From a virus (Duplodnaviria > Heunggongvirae > Uroviricota > Caudoviricetes), in IMG/VR virus record IMGVR_UViG_2724679237_000005, positions 44,631 to 108,630 of that record: a stretch of 64,000 bases of DNA; one strand, written 5' to 3'. Positions 1 through 8,705 of the stretch are shown here, one piece after another. The notes below the pieces were generated by a model that searched no databases, was not told the DNA's origin, and worked only from the letters and a program-made list of their open reading frames with translations. Numbering within the stretch: position 1 is the stretch's first letter; each line of letters starts with the position of its first letter. The translations under genes and the position numbers were made by a program.

Positions 1-406
1 ACCGGCTGTGTTTCCGCAACATTTCGTCTACTGGGCCTGAGTAAACCTTGTCTACTTTCCCAAAACGGATGATTTTCCCTGTGTCTGCGGATACGAGGCA
101 AATCAGCTTGTCTGGTGATAAACGATCTCGCCACGTCACACCTGAACGGAGTGTGTTGAAGTAGGGAGCATCCAATCCGATGATCGGTTTACGAAATGCG
201 AGTAATGGAACGTACCTGATGCAACTGTTTAAATGAAAATTCACACCAGCCTTATCAAGTTTAATTCTGGTTTCGTAGATCGGGCACTTCGCCGCTATAC
301 CGCAGATGTCACAAAGCAACTTCTGCTTATTCAGGTTGGAATTTGATTCGATAGTGTAGGAGCCGTCTTCAAGACGACGAACCCAGCGCGTGCGTTTTAG
401 ATCCAT
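1..406 (-). CDS. hypothetical protein, 3' end truncated by window edge
   Basis: Minus-strand frame open from ATG (complement of 404-406) to position 1 with no stop; Cys-containing stretch LLCDICGIAAKCP; not in ORF track because it lacks a stop inside the window. Confidence 0.45.
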   Translation of the reverse strand, partial: MDLKRTRWVRRLEDGSYTIESNSNLNKQKLLCDICGIAAKCPIYETRIKLDKAGVNFHLNSCIRYVPLLAFRKPIIGLDAPYFNTLRSGVTWRDRLSPDKLICLVSADTGKIIRFGKVDKVYSGPVDEMLRKHSR

Positions 407-484
407 ATGTCATTTTTCTGTGATTGTTAGCCGAGGCAACGATAACCCACCAGGTGCGCCGAAGGTAGTAAATGCCTGTTTTAA

Positions 485-501
485 TTATTCACATATCCAC
501 A
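485..501. promoter_or_regulatory. two adjacent DnaA-box-like 9-mers (TTATTCACA, ATATCCACA)
   Basis: One mismatch each to DnaA box consensus TTATCCACA; located immediately left of GATC cluster and iterons. Confidence 0.5.
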
Positions 502-505
502 GGAT

Positions 506-565
506 AGATCCTAATAAAGAGATCCATAGATAGATCCTTGTATAGATCAAATAAGATCCCCGATC
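506..565. repeat. cluster of six GATC (Dam) sites in short AGATCC-type repeats, origin-like
   Basis: AGATCC at 506, 520, 532, 554; AGATCA at 544; GATC at 562; spacing 8-14 bp; same arrangement as methylation-sensitive origins of P1-type replicons. Confidence 0.5.
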
Positions 566-605
566 GCTGTAAGCCGCTCCACGACTGGTCTGAAGCCATG
601 TTCAT

Positions 606-710
606 GTATGCTGCCAGCGGTAATTGATAGTCTGTCAACGGTTCGCCGTATGCTGCCAACTGTTTTTGGTATGCTGCCAGCGGCAAATCAAGTATGCTGT
701 CAGCGGTTGA
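606..710. repeat. upstream iteron set, 4 copies of ~18-19 bp GTATGCTGYCAGCGGYDA
   Basis: Copies at 606-623, 648-660 (degenerate), 669-686, 692-710; same repeat recurs downstream of repA. Confidence 0.7.
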
Positions 711-727
711 ATGACAAAGGTGTCCAC

Positions 728-1822
728 ATGTCCACAAAAAATAAAAAAGGTAAAAATAACAAAGAAGTAGAAGATAATCTCGACAACTTTGAAGAAGGTT
801 CCCTTGAATTGTACACAGGGGAACTTGTCCCTAATAGCAACAATACAGTCCAACCAATTGCGTTGATGCGGCTGGGGTTGTTCGTGCCCACGCTCAAGGG
901 GACAAAATACAGCAAGCGTAACAAGCCAAATGAGATCGATGCTTCAAAGGAGCTTGTTCAGCTCGAAGTAGCCCGTTCTGAAGGCTATTCCGATATCAAG
1001 ATAACCGGTCCTCGTCTCGACATGGATCATGATTTCAAAACGTGGGTGGGCGTTGTGCGTTCGCTGGCAGAATACGGCGAACCTAACGGTCGTGTCGAGT
1101 TAAGCATCACGAAATTTGCGAAGTTTTGTGGCTATCCATCGTCACAGATCCGCAAAACACTCCGCGACCGGCTTACAAACAGTCTTTTGAAGATCATGCG
1201 TACAACTCTGTCTTTCCAGAGAACGTATGAAGAAAAGAACGTCGACGGCTCTAACAAGATCTCGCTTCTGATGGTGCACCTCATCAATAGCGTGGACTAC
1301 AACGAGCAGAAAGATACGGTGGTGTTCTATGCAGAACCGAAGCTGGCCGAACTATATCGCTTTGACCATAAGGTTCTTTTGCAGTTAAAGGTTATCAATA
1401 AGCTACCACGCAAAGAAACAGCACAGGCTCTGTACACCTTCATCGAAAGTCTTCCAACCAAGCCTGCGCCGGTATCGCTTGCTCGATTGCGTGCGCGACT
1501 CAATTTGAGTAGTAGGAATGTCAGCTCGCAGAATCAGACTATACGTAACGGCTTAAAAGCTCTCCAAGATTTGGGCTATCTCGAATACAGCGAGATTAAG
1601 CGTGGGCGGTCGATCTATATCCAGATTCACAGCCGCAATCCAAAACTCAAAGTCGCACCGCCAAAACCTGAAGACATCGAACCCAAAAAACCAGATGAGA
1701 AAGCTGGGGAAATTGATGCCAAACAGAACATTATCAACAAGATAACCGAACTTTCGCAGAATTTGACGCCTGAAAATATCAAGATGATTGAGATCCTTTC
1801 CAATAGTCTCAAACTGCTTTGA
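728..1822 (+). CDS. repA: RepA-like iteron-binding replication initiator
   Basis: Plus-strand ORF flanked on both sides by iteron arrays; ORF-track start at 608 lies inside the iterons, so the ATG at 728 (MSTKNKKGKNN) is the likely true start. Confidence 0.7.
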   Translation: MSTKNKKGKNNKEVEDNLDNFEEGSLELYTGELVPNSNNTVQPIALMRLGLFVPTLKGTKYSKRNKPNEIDASKELVQLEVARSEGYSDIKITGPRLDMDHDFKTWVGVVRSLAEYGEPNGRVELSITKFAKFCGYPSSQIRKTLRDRLTNSLLKIMRTTLSFQRTYEEKNVDGSNKISLLMVHLINSVDYNEQKDTVVFYAEPKLAELYRFDHKVLLQLKVINKLPRKETAQALYTFIESLPTKPAPVSLARLRARLNLSSRNVSSQNQTIRNGLKALQDLGYLEYSEIKRGRSIYIQIHSRNPKLKVAPPKPEDIEPKKPDEKAGEIDAKQNIINKITELSQNLTPENIKMIEILSNSLKLL

Positions 1823-2356
1823 TATGCTGTCAGCGGTGAAATGTATGCTATCAGCGGCTATTTTTCTGAAAAGTATGCTGTGAACGGTTAAAGATATGCT
1901 ACCAGCGGTATAGTGAGATGAACGTATGCTGTGAGCGGTAAATCATCTATCACCACTCAATGCTCTGTCATACCTCCCCAGTGGTTACTAACCTCGAAGA
2001 GTGCATTCCATATAGGTTTGCGCTCACTAACATTCTATTGCTATTGCGCTGATTGCTTGTAGTGAAAGGCATTTATTGCCTGCTGCTCCTGATAGAACGT
2101 ATGCTGTCAGAGGTGTTTTATTGAGGAATTTTTGTTTGGATATGCTATCAGCGGTAATTAATGGCATATGTCAGACCTTCGTATGCTGCCAGCGGTAATT
2201 TTGTTCTGGTTATACCCATACCGGTACATATTATTCATGCAATGTCTTAAGTATGCTGTCAGCGGTAAAAAATCGAGTAAAGTATGCTGTGAGCGGTGAG
2301 ATAGACTCTCGATATGCTATCAGCGGCAGTTGATTGTGTATGCTGTCAGCGGTGAC
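1823..2356. repeat. downstream iteron array, about 12 copies, incA-like copy-control locus
   Basis: Copies of (G/A)TATGCT(G/A)(T/C)(C/G)AGCGGT at 1823, 1844, 1874, 1896, 1924, 2099, 2141, 2182, 2252, 2282, 2313, 2338; irregular spacing, first copy overlaps repA stop. Confidence 0.7.
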
Positions 2357-2400
2357 GACTATGAAATATGACTGCGGAACGAGCCGCAGTCAGTTTGCAT

Positions 2401-2613
2401 TTAGTGTATTTTCTTCAACAGACCCCAAAGTGTTCCGGCTTTTGTAGTCAGTTTTCCTGTTTCTGGATCGTACATACGCCATTCACGCCGCTGGTGGACG
2501 ATATACCCATCTTCACGTTCCAGACGCTCAAGAACGCCAGGCTGCTTGAAACCCTTAGCACGCCAGTATCCGCTTGTTTTCTCGATTTCCAGACCTGCTA
2601 GTGTTAATGCCAT
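2401..2613 (-). CDS. hypothetical small protein (70 aa)
   Basis: ORF in same orientation as and overlapping (ATGA-type junction) the next gene; no recognisable motif. Confidence 0.4.
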   Translation of the reverse strand: MALTLAGLEIEKTSGYWRAKGFKQPGVLERLEREDGYIVHQRREWRMYDPETGKLTTKAGTLWGLLKKIH

Positions 2614-2948
2614 TATCCAACCTCCTTGCAGTCATCGAAAAGGTAGCTTTGCTGAGAAGCGTGAACGCCATAGAAGCCCTTGTATTTGTTGTATACGAAG
2701 TGATCTTCTCCGACGCCGGTTAATTTGCCATTACGGTTTGTGAGATATGGGGATGACAATACTCGATCGTCACGCACAACATAGAACTGGTCGCCGCTGT
2801 CTACGACCATCGCGCCATATGGTGCTTTTATGACGTCGGTAAGAGCGCCATTCTTAACGTCGGCTACAGACATTTCACACTGATAAACAGTGGTGTCGGC
2901 CACAACGATCGAAGAAAGGAACAACAGCGCGAATGGGATGGCCTTCAT
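2613..2948 (-). CDS. hypothetical secreted protein (111 aa)
   Basis: N-terminal signal-peptide-like hydrophobic segment MKAIPFALLFLSSIVVA; no recognisable domain. Confidence 0.5.
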   Translation of the reverse strand: MKAIPFALLFLSSIVVADTTVYQCEMSVADVKNGALTDVIKAPYGAMVVDSGDQFYVVRDDRVLSSPYLTNRNGKLTGVGEDHFVYNKYKGFYGVHASQQSYLFDDCKEVG

Positions 2949-3124
2949 GCTGCCACCTCTTTGATTACATCAAATGCTGAATTAAATACGAGCACGATAG
3001 CCAAAGCGTTTATGACTACGTCGTTCACCGGGGAAAAGACTTTACGAATGACACCAGTGAAAATGCTGTCGATGACAAAAGCTATTGACACGATGAGTAA
3101 CAAGTATTCAATAAAAATCTTCAT
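2945..3124 (-). CDS. small membrane protein (59 aa), below ORF-track size cutoff
   Basis: ATG at complement 3122-3124, stop overlaps start of 2613..2948 gene (ATGA); two hydrophobic helices (MKIFIEYLLLIVSIAFVIDSIF...). Confidence 0.35.
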   Translation of the reverse strand: MKIFIEYLLLIVSIAFVIDSIFTGVIRKVFSPVNDVVINALAIVLVFNSAFDVIKEVAA

Positions 3125-3163
3125 GATAGGTAGATACTAACTTATATAAATTTTACTGTAAAC

Positions 3164-3439
3164 TCACTCAAAAGTGCTGATGCTTAAAATACGCTCAAGA
3201 TGTGCGGCATCTTCATCACTGATTTGTTGAGTCTCTTCTACGTACCAACAGTTGCCGTTATGCCAACAAACACCATCATCATCAACCATCACTGAATCAG
3301 CGTCATGACCTGTATATTCAACGAGAATACGCTGGATCAGCGCGTCAGTTTCCTCGTCGTTAAGGCCATTGGCTTTGACCATAAAAAGCGGAAACACGTC
3401 ATAGACAGTGCTGGTAACGATTCGAACTAAAACTCTCAT
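3164..3439 (-). CDS. hypothetical protein (91 aa)
   Basis: ORF with upstream ATAAGTA-type intergenic motif; acidic, no recognisable domain. Confidence 0.45.
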   Translation of the reverse strand: MRVLVRIVTSTVYDVFPLFMVKANGLNDEETDALIQRILVEYTGHDADSVMVDDDGVCWHNGNCWYVEETQQISDEDAAHLERILSISTFE

Positions 3440-3494
3440 GTATTTTTCCTTTTGTGGTTAGTGTTTACTTATTTTGTTAGTTATGAATAGGCGA

Positions 3495-3920
3495 TCAATC
3501 TTCTTGTTTAGGGAAAAACTGTTCAATAACTCTGTCAACGGCTGTGTCTATATGGAGTAGATGCCACACAACCATATCTTTGCTCCCCATGCCTTGTGTG
3601 AATATCACGTCATACTTACGCCATGCGCAGTGGAACCAATATGCTGAGTCATCAATTGGTAAATCCTCTCCCGCCTCTTTGAAGTATTTCAGCAGCATTG
3701 CTTGCTCTGCCGTTGGCGTTGGGCCTATTTCCTGAGCGTACATACGGATAAATCGCTGCCAGTCTGTCTCGTCGGTGGTCGGATCTGGTGGATTCATTTC
3801 GGCGATAGCGTTTCGTAGCTGATGCGCCCAATCAGGTTCAGGAAAGCCTTTTGATACTTCATCATCAATAACATCCAGAGCCGCGTTTGCGGCATCGTAG
3901 AGTTTCTTAATTGCTGCCAT
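3495..3920 (-). CDS. hypothetical protein (141 aa)
   Basis: ORF in operon orientation; no recognisable domain. Confidence 0.5.
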   Translation of the reverse strand: MAAIKKLYDAANAALDVIDDEVSKGFPEPDWAHQLRNAIAEMNPPDPTTDETDWQRFIRMYAQEIGPTPTAEQAMLLKYFKEAGEDLPIDDSAYWFHCAWRKYDVIFTQGMGSKDMVVWHLLHIDTAVDRVIEQFFPKQED

Positions 3921-3983
3921 GTTTTACTTCTCCTTATAAATAGGAAAATAATCACCTTTGAAAAAAATAAAGCAAAGATATAT

Positions 3984-4250
3984 TCACTCCGATACAAGAC
4001 GTTTATATGCTTCAATATCTCGCCGTGCTTCACCGAGCTTCCTCCTTAGATCCATATTTTCCAATTCAAGTTTCTCCATGTCTTTTTGGTATCGATCGCG
4101 GTGTTCTTTCCATGCTTTTCGATACGCCTTCATGTATGTCGTATTAGCTTTTCTCTTTGCCTGACGAACAGCATGGTGGTTTTCTATAAACCAGTCAGGG
4201 TCGTTAAATGCGACCAACGCCAACCACTTCACCAATCCCTTTGTCTTCAC
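3984..4250 (-). CDS. hypothetical coiled-coil protein (88 aa)
   Basis: Charged heptad-like C-terminus (EKLELENMDLRRKLGEARRDIEAYKRL); overlaps the small lipoprotein ORF, so one of the two starts may be wrong. Confidence 0.35.
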   Translation of the reverse strand: MKTKGLVKWLALVAFNDPDWFIENHHAVRQAKRKANTTYMKAYRKAWKEHRDRYQKDMEKLELENMDLRRKLGEARRDIEAYKRLVSE

Positions 4251-4359
4251 CTAATTTGTTTACTTTGATGCCAACGTATCCAGGCTCCACGCGATCGCAG
4301 CCAGTAAGACCCATTGTGCAAATAGCCGCCAGAGCAACTGCAAGTAAACCTTTCTTCAT
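4204..4359 (-). CDS. small lipoprotein (52 aa), below ORF-track cutoff
   Basis: MKKGLLAVALAAICTMGLTGC: signal peptide with lipobox LTGC; ATG at complement 4357-4359. Confidence 0.3.
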   Translation of the reverse strand: MKKGLLAVALAAICTMGLTGCDRVEPGYVGIKVNKLGEDKGIGEVVGVGRI

Positions 4360-4362
4360 TAC

Positions 4363-4563
4363 TTATTTCCCCTTTGCTTTGATTAATGAGTTGATAAACT
4401 TACGACCAGCAATAAGACCGATTACAGGAGCACCAAAACCAACGATAACTCCAAACATGACGGCTAAATCACTCTTGGTAGAAATCAGCGACGGAACCAG
4501 TAAACCGTAGATGAGAGCCACTGAAAGGCCTGTGGCTACTGCCAATAGATAGATTTTGATCAT
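4363..4563 (-). CDS. small membrane protein (66 aa)
   Basis: Two predicted TM helices; preceded by ATAAGTA-type motif at 4596-4611. Confidence 0.45.
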   Translation of the reverse strand: MIKIYLLAVATGLSVALIYGLLVPSLISTKSDLAVMFGVIVGFGAPVIGLIAGRKFINSLIKAKGK

Positions 4564-4655
4564 GTGTTTTCCTATGTGGTTGTTATGCGAAAATAATAAG
4601 TAAGTACTTATATATTTTCAAGAGATAAAAAAGGCGTCCTGTGGACGCCTTGTGT

Positions 4656-5729
4656 TTACTCTTCTACTGACTCGGTGGGGTTGTCTTTTGCTCTTCGGTC
4701 GTCGATTGCCTGCAAAGCCGCAATGATTTCAGCCAGTGGCTTCTCCCGATACATCTCGACGATCTGCGATTTGGTGTATTTCTTGTCACCAATTTCAACT
4801 CGCCCGCTGGCGTTCTTTGGCAGGTATCCTTCTTCCAGCATGTACTCGACGAGCGATTCGATAACGTCGAGGCCACGAGTAGGATCGAAGTAGAATTTCC
4901 AGGTGCATTTGCCATACGGTGGTGCAACTTTGTTTTTGATGCATTCTGCGCCTACGTCCTGGCCGATCTTCTCTTTACCATCCTTCATCACCGATGCACC
5001 AAGACGGATACGTACAGAAGCGTAGAACTTCGGTGAATCCCCACCTGGCGACGTAGTAGGGTCGCCAAACATTACACCGATTTTTGTGCGAACCTGATTC
5101 AAGAAGATGATGCAGGCGTTGTATTTGCGTGCCCACAAAGCCAGAGTAGGGAAGTTCGCACTCGTCGCACGAGCCAGTGCCGTATTGTCGTTCATGTTTA
5201 GCTGATCTTTGTCTTTGGCAGTGCCTTCAGCCATCTTTTCGAACTTCTCGGCTTTGGAGTTCGGAACCATAGACGCAAGAGAGTCAGCCACGATACAGAT
5301 TGGTGCTGATTCGGGGATAAGCTCTTCATCACGAACCAATTTAAGTATTGTGCCGATCAACTCTACAGAGTCTTCGAAGGTATCTGGCTGCTTGTATACC
5401 CACTGACCGTCATCCTCATCTGCGTTCAGGCCATTGGCGACAGCCAGGCCAACGTCAAAACTGTTTTCATGATCGAGGAATACCGCCAGACCATCTTGTT
5501 TTTGAGCGGAGATCATCGCTGCTGTTGCAAGGAACGTTTTCCCTGCACTTGGAGGACCGAATACTTCGACGATACGACCACATGGGAAGCCGCCATCGTA
5601 ACGACCAGAAATAGCTTTGTTTAACGGTGGAAAGCCTGTATCAATCCAATGAGTTACTTTCTGAATTTCGTCGTTGCTACCGATTTTCTTTTTCAGAGCA
5701 AGTGCCAGTGCGGATTTTCCTTTTGCCAT
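4656..5729 (-). CDS. RecA-like recombinase ATPase
   Basis: Walker A GPPSAGKT and RecA-like Walker B region ICIVADSLASMVP; RecA core length. Confidence 0.75.
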   Translation of the reverse strand: MAKGKSALALALKKKIGSNDEIQKVTHWIDTGFPPLNKAISGRYDGGFPCGRIVEVFGPPSAGKTFLATAAMISAQKQDGLAVFLDHENSFDVGLAVANGLNADEDDGQWVYKQPDTFEDSVELIGTILKLVRDEELIPESAPICIVADSLASMVPNSKAEKFEKMAEGTAKDKDQLNMNDNTALARATSANFPTLALWARKYNACIIFLNQVRTKIGVMFGDPTTSPGGDSPKFYASVRIRLGASVMKDGKEKIGQDVGAECIKNKVAPPYGKCTWKFYFDPTRGLDVIESLVEYMLEEGYLPKNASGRVEIGDKKYTKSQIVEMYREKPLAEIIAALQAIDDRRAKDNPTESVEE

Positions 5730-5731
5730 GA

Positions 5732-6004
5732 TCAGGCTCCTTTTGTTTCGTTGATTCGTTTTAAAGCGGCGGATTCATCGAATACAATCGCATCGTGGTT
5801 AAGGAGTCTGGATACACGAGCGAGGATTTTTACGACCTGCTCGCTGACTAATCCAAACTCGCGATCTGTCGCTTTCATTCCGGCAGCGCCTAGAATTGAC
5901 GGCAGTGCGATGACAGCGTACTCACCGTGATAAAAGACAATCTCTTTTGCCAGTTGGGCAGGGGTGGTTGTAGCGCCATTGATAATCGATTTAAGCATTA
6001 GCAA
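5732..6004 (-). CDS. hypothetical protein (90 aa)
   Basis: ORF tightly packed between RecA-like gene and exonuclease gene. Confidence 0.4.
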   Translation of the reverse strand: MLMLKSIINGATTTPAQLAKEIVFYHGEYAVIALPSILGAAGMKATDREFGLVSEQVVKILARVSRLLNHDAIVFDESAALKRINETKGA

Positions 6005-6993
6005 TACCTTTCGAATGGAAGAACAAACACTTCAAGGTCTTCAAGGAACGAACGGAAATTCAGCTCGTAGCACAGTTGCTCGAATGCTTTCACGTCACGA
6101 TTGCCTTTGATTGTTTCGATTTCGGTAGGCGGAAACTTCGTCTCAATCAGGTTCATTAGCGTGATGTTTCTCTTGAACGCTTCGAGCATTCGACAGCCTG
6201 TTTTCTCGTTGAAGGCATTCTTCGCTAGTTTGTTGAAGGCGGTCTTATGACGCCCTTTATTAACCACGATTGAGCCGTCGTTGATGCCGCGTACCATCGT
6301 TGCGACACTTCCCCATTCATGCAGCAGCTCTTTCGCACCGCCAGCACCAATGCCACCAACACCGCTAATGTTGTCCGAGTTATCGCCTTGTAATGCTTTT
6401 GCTTCCAAAAATGCGCGAGGCGTGGCGAATCCTGTCAGCTCCGCAAATTGCTCAAAATTAACCTGCTTGTTTTTGGCGTCTTCACGCAGGCTTACCCAGC
6501 TTACGTTTTCACGAACTAACTGAAGCCAGTCGCTATCGCCTGTTAACAGATAGATGTGTTCAACGGTTGGCTGCGGTGCCATGCGGGATACCAGCAGCCC
6601 GGCCAGATCATCCGCTTCTGCATCTTTTGCAATGAGTTGGGTAACTCCAAGCGCGGTCATCATTTTGAGGATGTATGGCTTCTGGATAGCAAAGCCTTCC
6701 TTCATCTTTTTCATATCAGGATCGTCGTCGCGATTTGCTTTGTAGTCCGGGTAAAAGTCGCGACGCTTGTCACTAAATCCATCCCAAAGAATCATAGGTC
6801 GGGCATGGAGGATGGAGGCATAACGACGGACGTTCTTAACAAAGCCGAAAGCAGCCTGTACTTCCATTTCGCCGTTGTGCAATTTGTCAGATTGTTGGTG
6901 GTAATAACCCAGGCTATTGCCATCTACGAAGAGATAATTCACCGGTACATTCCTTCCAAAAAGTAAGGCGTCCGTAGACGCCTTACTGGTCAC
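5998..6993 (-). CDS. 5'-3' exonuclease / flap endonuclease (Pol I N-terminal nuclease family)
   Basis: LFVDGNSLGYY and LQGDNSDNISGVGGIGAGGAKELL match the conserved 5' nuclease and helix-hairpin-helix motifs. Confidence 0.7.
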   Translation of the reverse strand: MTSKASTDALLFGRNVPVNYLFVDGNSLGYYHQQSDKLHNGEMEVQAAFGFVKNVRRYASILHARPMILWDGFSDKRRDFYPDYKANRDDDPDMKKMKEGFAIQKPYILKMMTALGVTQLIAKDAEADDLAGLLVSRMAPQPTVEHIYLLTGDSDWLQLVRENVSWVSLREDAKNKQVNFEQFAELTGFATPRAFLEAKALQGDNSDNISGVGGIGAGGAKELLHEWGSVATMVRGINDGSIVVNKGRHKTAFNKLAKNAFNEKTGCRMLEAFKRNITLMNLIETKFPPTEIETIKGNRDVKAFEQLCYELNFRSFLEDLEVFVLPFERYC

Positions 6994-7002
6994 GTAATGG
7001 GA

Positions 7003-8031
7003 TTACAGAGAGTCCAGCTCTCTCAGTAGGTCATCCAGACCTTCATCTTCCGTCGCAGATGCGGTTGCTACAGATGTCGCTGCGACTGCTTCAGACTCTT
7101 TGACTGATACGGCAACGGCAGCGGAACTTGCCTCTGGTTTAAATTCAGTTTCAACGGCACGGAGGATTTCTTCATCAACCAGACTGGTTGGTTCAGAAGC
7201 CGGTGTGTGCGCGGTTGCTACAGCCGTCGCTCCTTCTGTATGACCAGTGACAGAGCCAAATCCAGGTAGTGCCGCAGCCGATGTTTTCGCGGTTGAGGAA
7301 ATTGCTGGTGCAGATGCTGCGGCAGTTGGTGCAGCGATGCCAATCAGACGACCCATAGTGCGAACTGTCGACAGAAGACGAGTTTCATCAGCCTGATTTG
7401 CGTATGCGATCAGATCATGCTGGGTGTTCCAGAATTTATCTTCGATATCGCCTTTGTAGACTTTACGCTTAGGCGAGACGTCATATTTGGTATCGCGACC
7501 AGAGCCAGTACGTTTAATCAGGAATGCGTAGCCTTCCTCTTTGCTCAGTGGATTGCCGATATCATCAGCGATGTCTTCGGTGATTGCTTTGCAGATATCA
7601 TCGAATACAGTAGACGGCAGCTCGATTAACTGGCATTTCTCAGCATCTGCGAAATCCTCACGAGCAGAAAGAATGCCGTTGACCAGGTAGCGAGGAGTGG
7701 CACGCATTTGACCGATGCGTTCTTCCATTGCTTTGTTACCCTTGTGACGAGCGCGACCTTCCATCACCATTTCGCATAGCTGACAAGCGCGACCGTGAGT
7801 ATGTTGCTCACAAATATAAGCGTTGGTTGCTTCTTTACCTTCCTCGTTCTGATACTTAACGTAGTGCATACCGAAAGTCTGGAAGAACTTACCGTTTGGG
7901 TCGTCTTTATTCGGGAAGATGCGGATATAGTTGACGCCGTCTTTTAAGCGAGTCAGATCAACGTTGTTACCACGTTTGGCGGCAATGTCTTCACGAGTTT
8001 TGTTAAGCAAATCAAGTAATGTCTTAGACAT
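7003..8031 (-). CDS. putative ssDNA-binding protein (gp32-like)
   Basis: Cys/His cluster CEQHTHGRACQLC suggestive of a zinc site, Ala/Ser-rich linker and acidic C-terminal tail EDEGLDDLLRELDSL; position between recombinase and polymerase genes. Confidence 0.4.
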   Translation of the reverse strand: MSKTLLDLLNKTREDIAAKRGNNVDLTRLKDGVNYIRIFPNKDDPNGKFFQTFGMHYVKYQNEEGKEATNAYICEQHTHGRACQLCEMVMEGRARHKGNKAMEERIGQMRATPRYLVNGILSAREDFADAEKCQLIELPSTVFDDICKAITEDIADDIGNPLSKEEGYAFLIKRTGSGRDTKYDVSPKRKVYKGDIEDKFWNTQHDLIAYANQADETRLLSTVRTMGRLIGIAAPTAAASAPAISSTAKTSAAALPGFGSVTGHTEGATAVATAHTPASEPTSLVDEEILRAVETEFKPEASSAAVAVSVKESEAVAATSVATASATEDEGLDDLLRELDSL

Positions 8032-8148
8032 GTGTTTCTCCTTGTTGTGATTTGGCCGATGGCGCTATGCGCGTTGGGCTTTCGTTCATTCGTGGCTCTT
8101 TCGAGCTGTTAAATGATAGATCAGTACTTACTTATTATCTATCAAAAA

Positions 8149-8604
8149 TCAACGGGGAGTAATAAAGCGTTCAGAGCCTAATCGCTCTAATTCAACGATG
8201 GCCATCTTTGACGCCTGAACGATCATGTCTCGGCGATGCGAAAAGGCGGCGACAGCATGTTTGTATATGTCTGCGATGTGCCGTGCTTCATCCAACTTCT
8301 GCCGTTTAGACAGATACTGTGGGTTTGTTTTAACCTTAGCGTCCAGTACAGATTCGTTGAACTTAATGCCGTTCATACTCAAGTTCTTACGCTCTGTGTC
8401 GTATAGCTTTGCTTCAACAGCTTCAAGGTTAAGTTTTGCTTCTGCGACACTTCTTTCTGCATGGGCGAGTTTTGAGCCATATTCCATCAACAGGCGGGGT
8501 TGTCTACGCCAGACTTCTTCCAGATTGTCTCGGTCAAACTCGAGATCAGACATTATTTTCTCGTAAATATCGGCGATCATGCGCATTTCCTTATCACTTA
8601 TCAT
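8149..8604 (-). CDS. hypothetical protein (151 aa)
   Basis: ORF; coiled-coil-like; could be a recombination mediator by context only. Confidence 0.4.
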   Translation of the reverse strand: MISDKEMRMIADIYEKIMSDLEFDRDNLEEVWRRQPRLLMEYGSKLAHAERSVAEAKLNLEAVEAKLYDTERKNLSMNGIKFNESVLDAKVKTNPQYLSKRQKLDEARHIADIYKHAVAAFSHRRDMIVQASKMAIVELERLGSERFITPR

Positions 8605-8674
8605 TTTGTATTGATTATATCATTGTAATGATGAGGCAATGAGCTTGAAGATAGGGGGGGGAGGGGATAAGGGA

Positions 8675-8700
8675 AAACATGGCCTTTATGGCCATGTTTA
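8675..8700 (-). terminator. hairpin downstream of dnaE C-terminal fragment
   Basis: Perfect palindrome AAACATGGCC-TTTA-GGCCATGTTT; on minus strand stem is followed by UUUU. Confidence 0.45.
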
Positions 8701-8705
8701 TTGGA

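Noticed and set aside
606-2356. Possible CRISPR array (short direct repeats)
   Set aside because: Repeats are 18-19 bp with irregular spacing, flank a repA-like gene and have no uniform spacers or cas genes; they are iterons.
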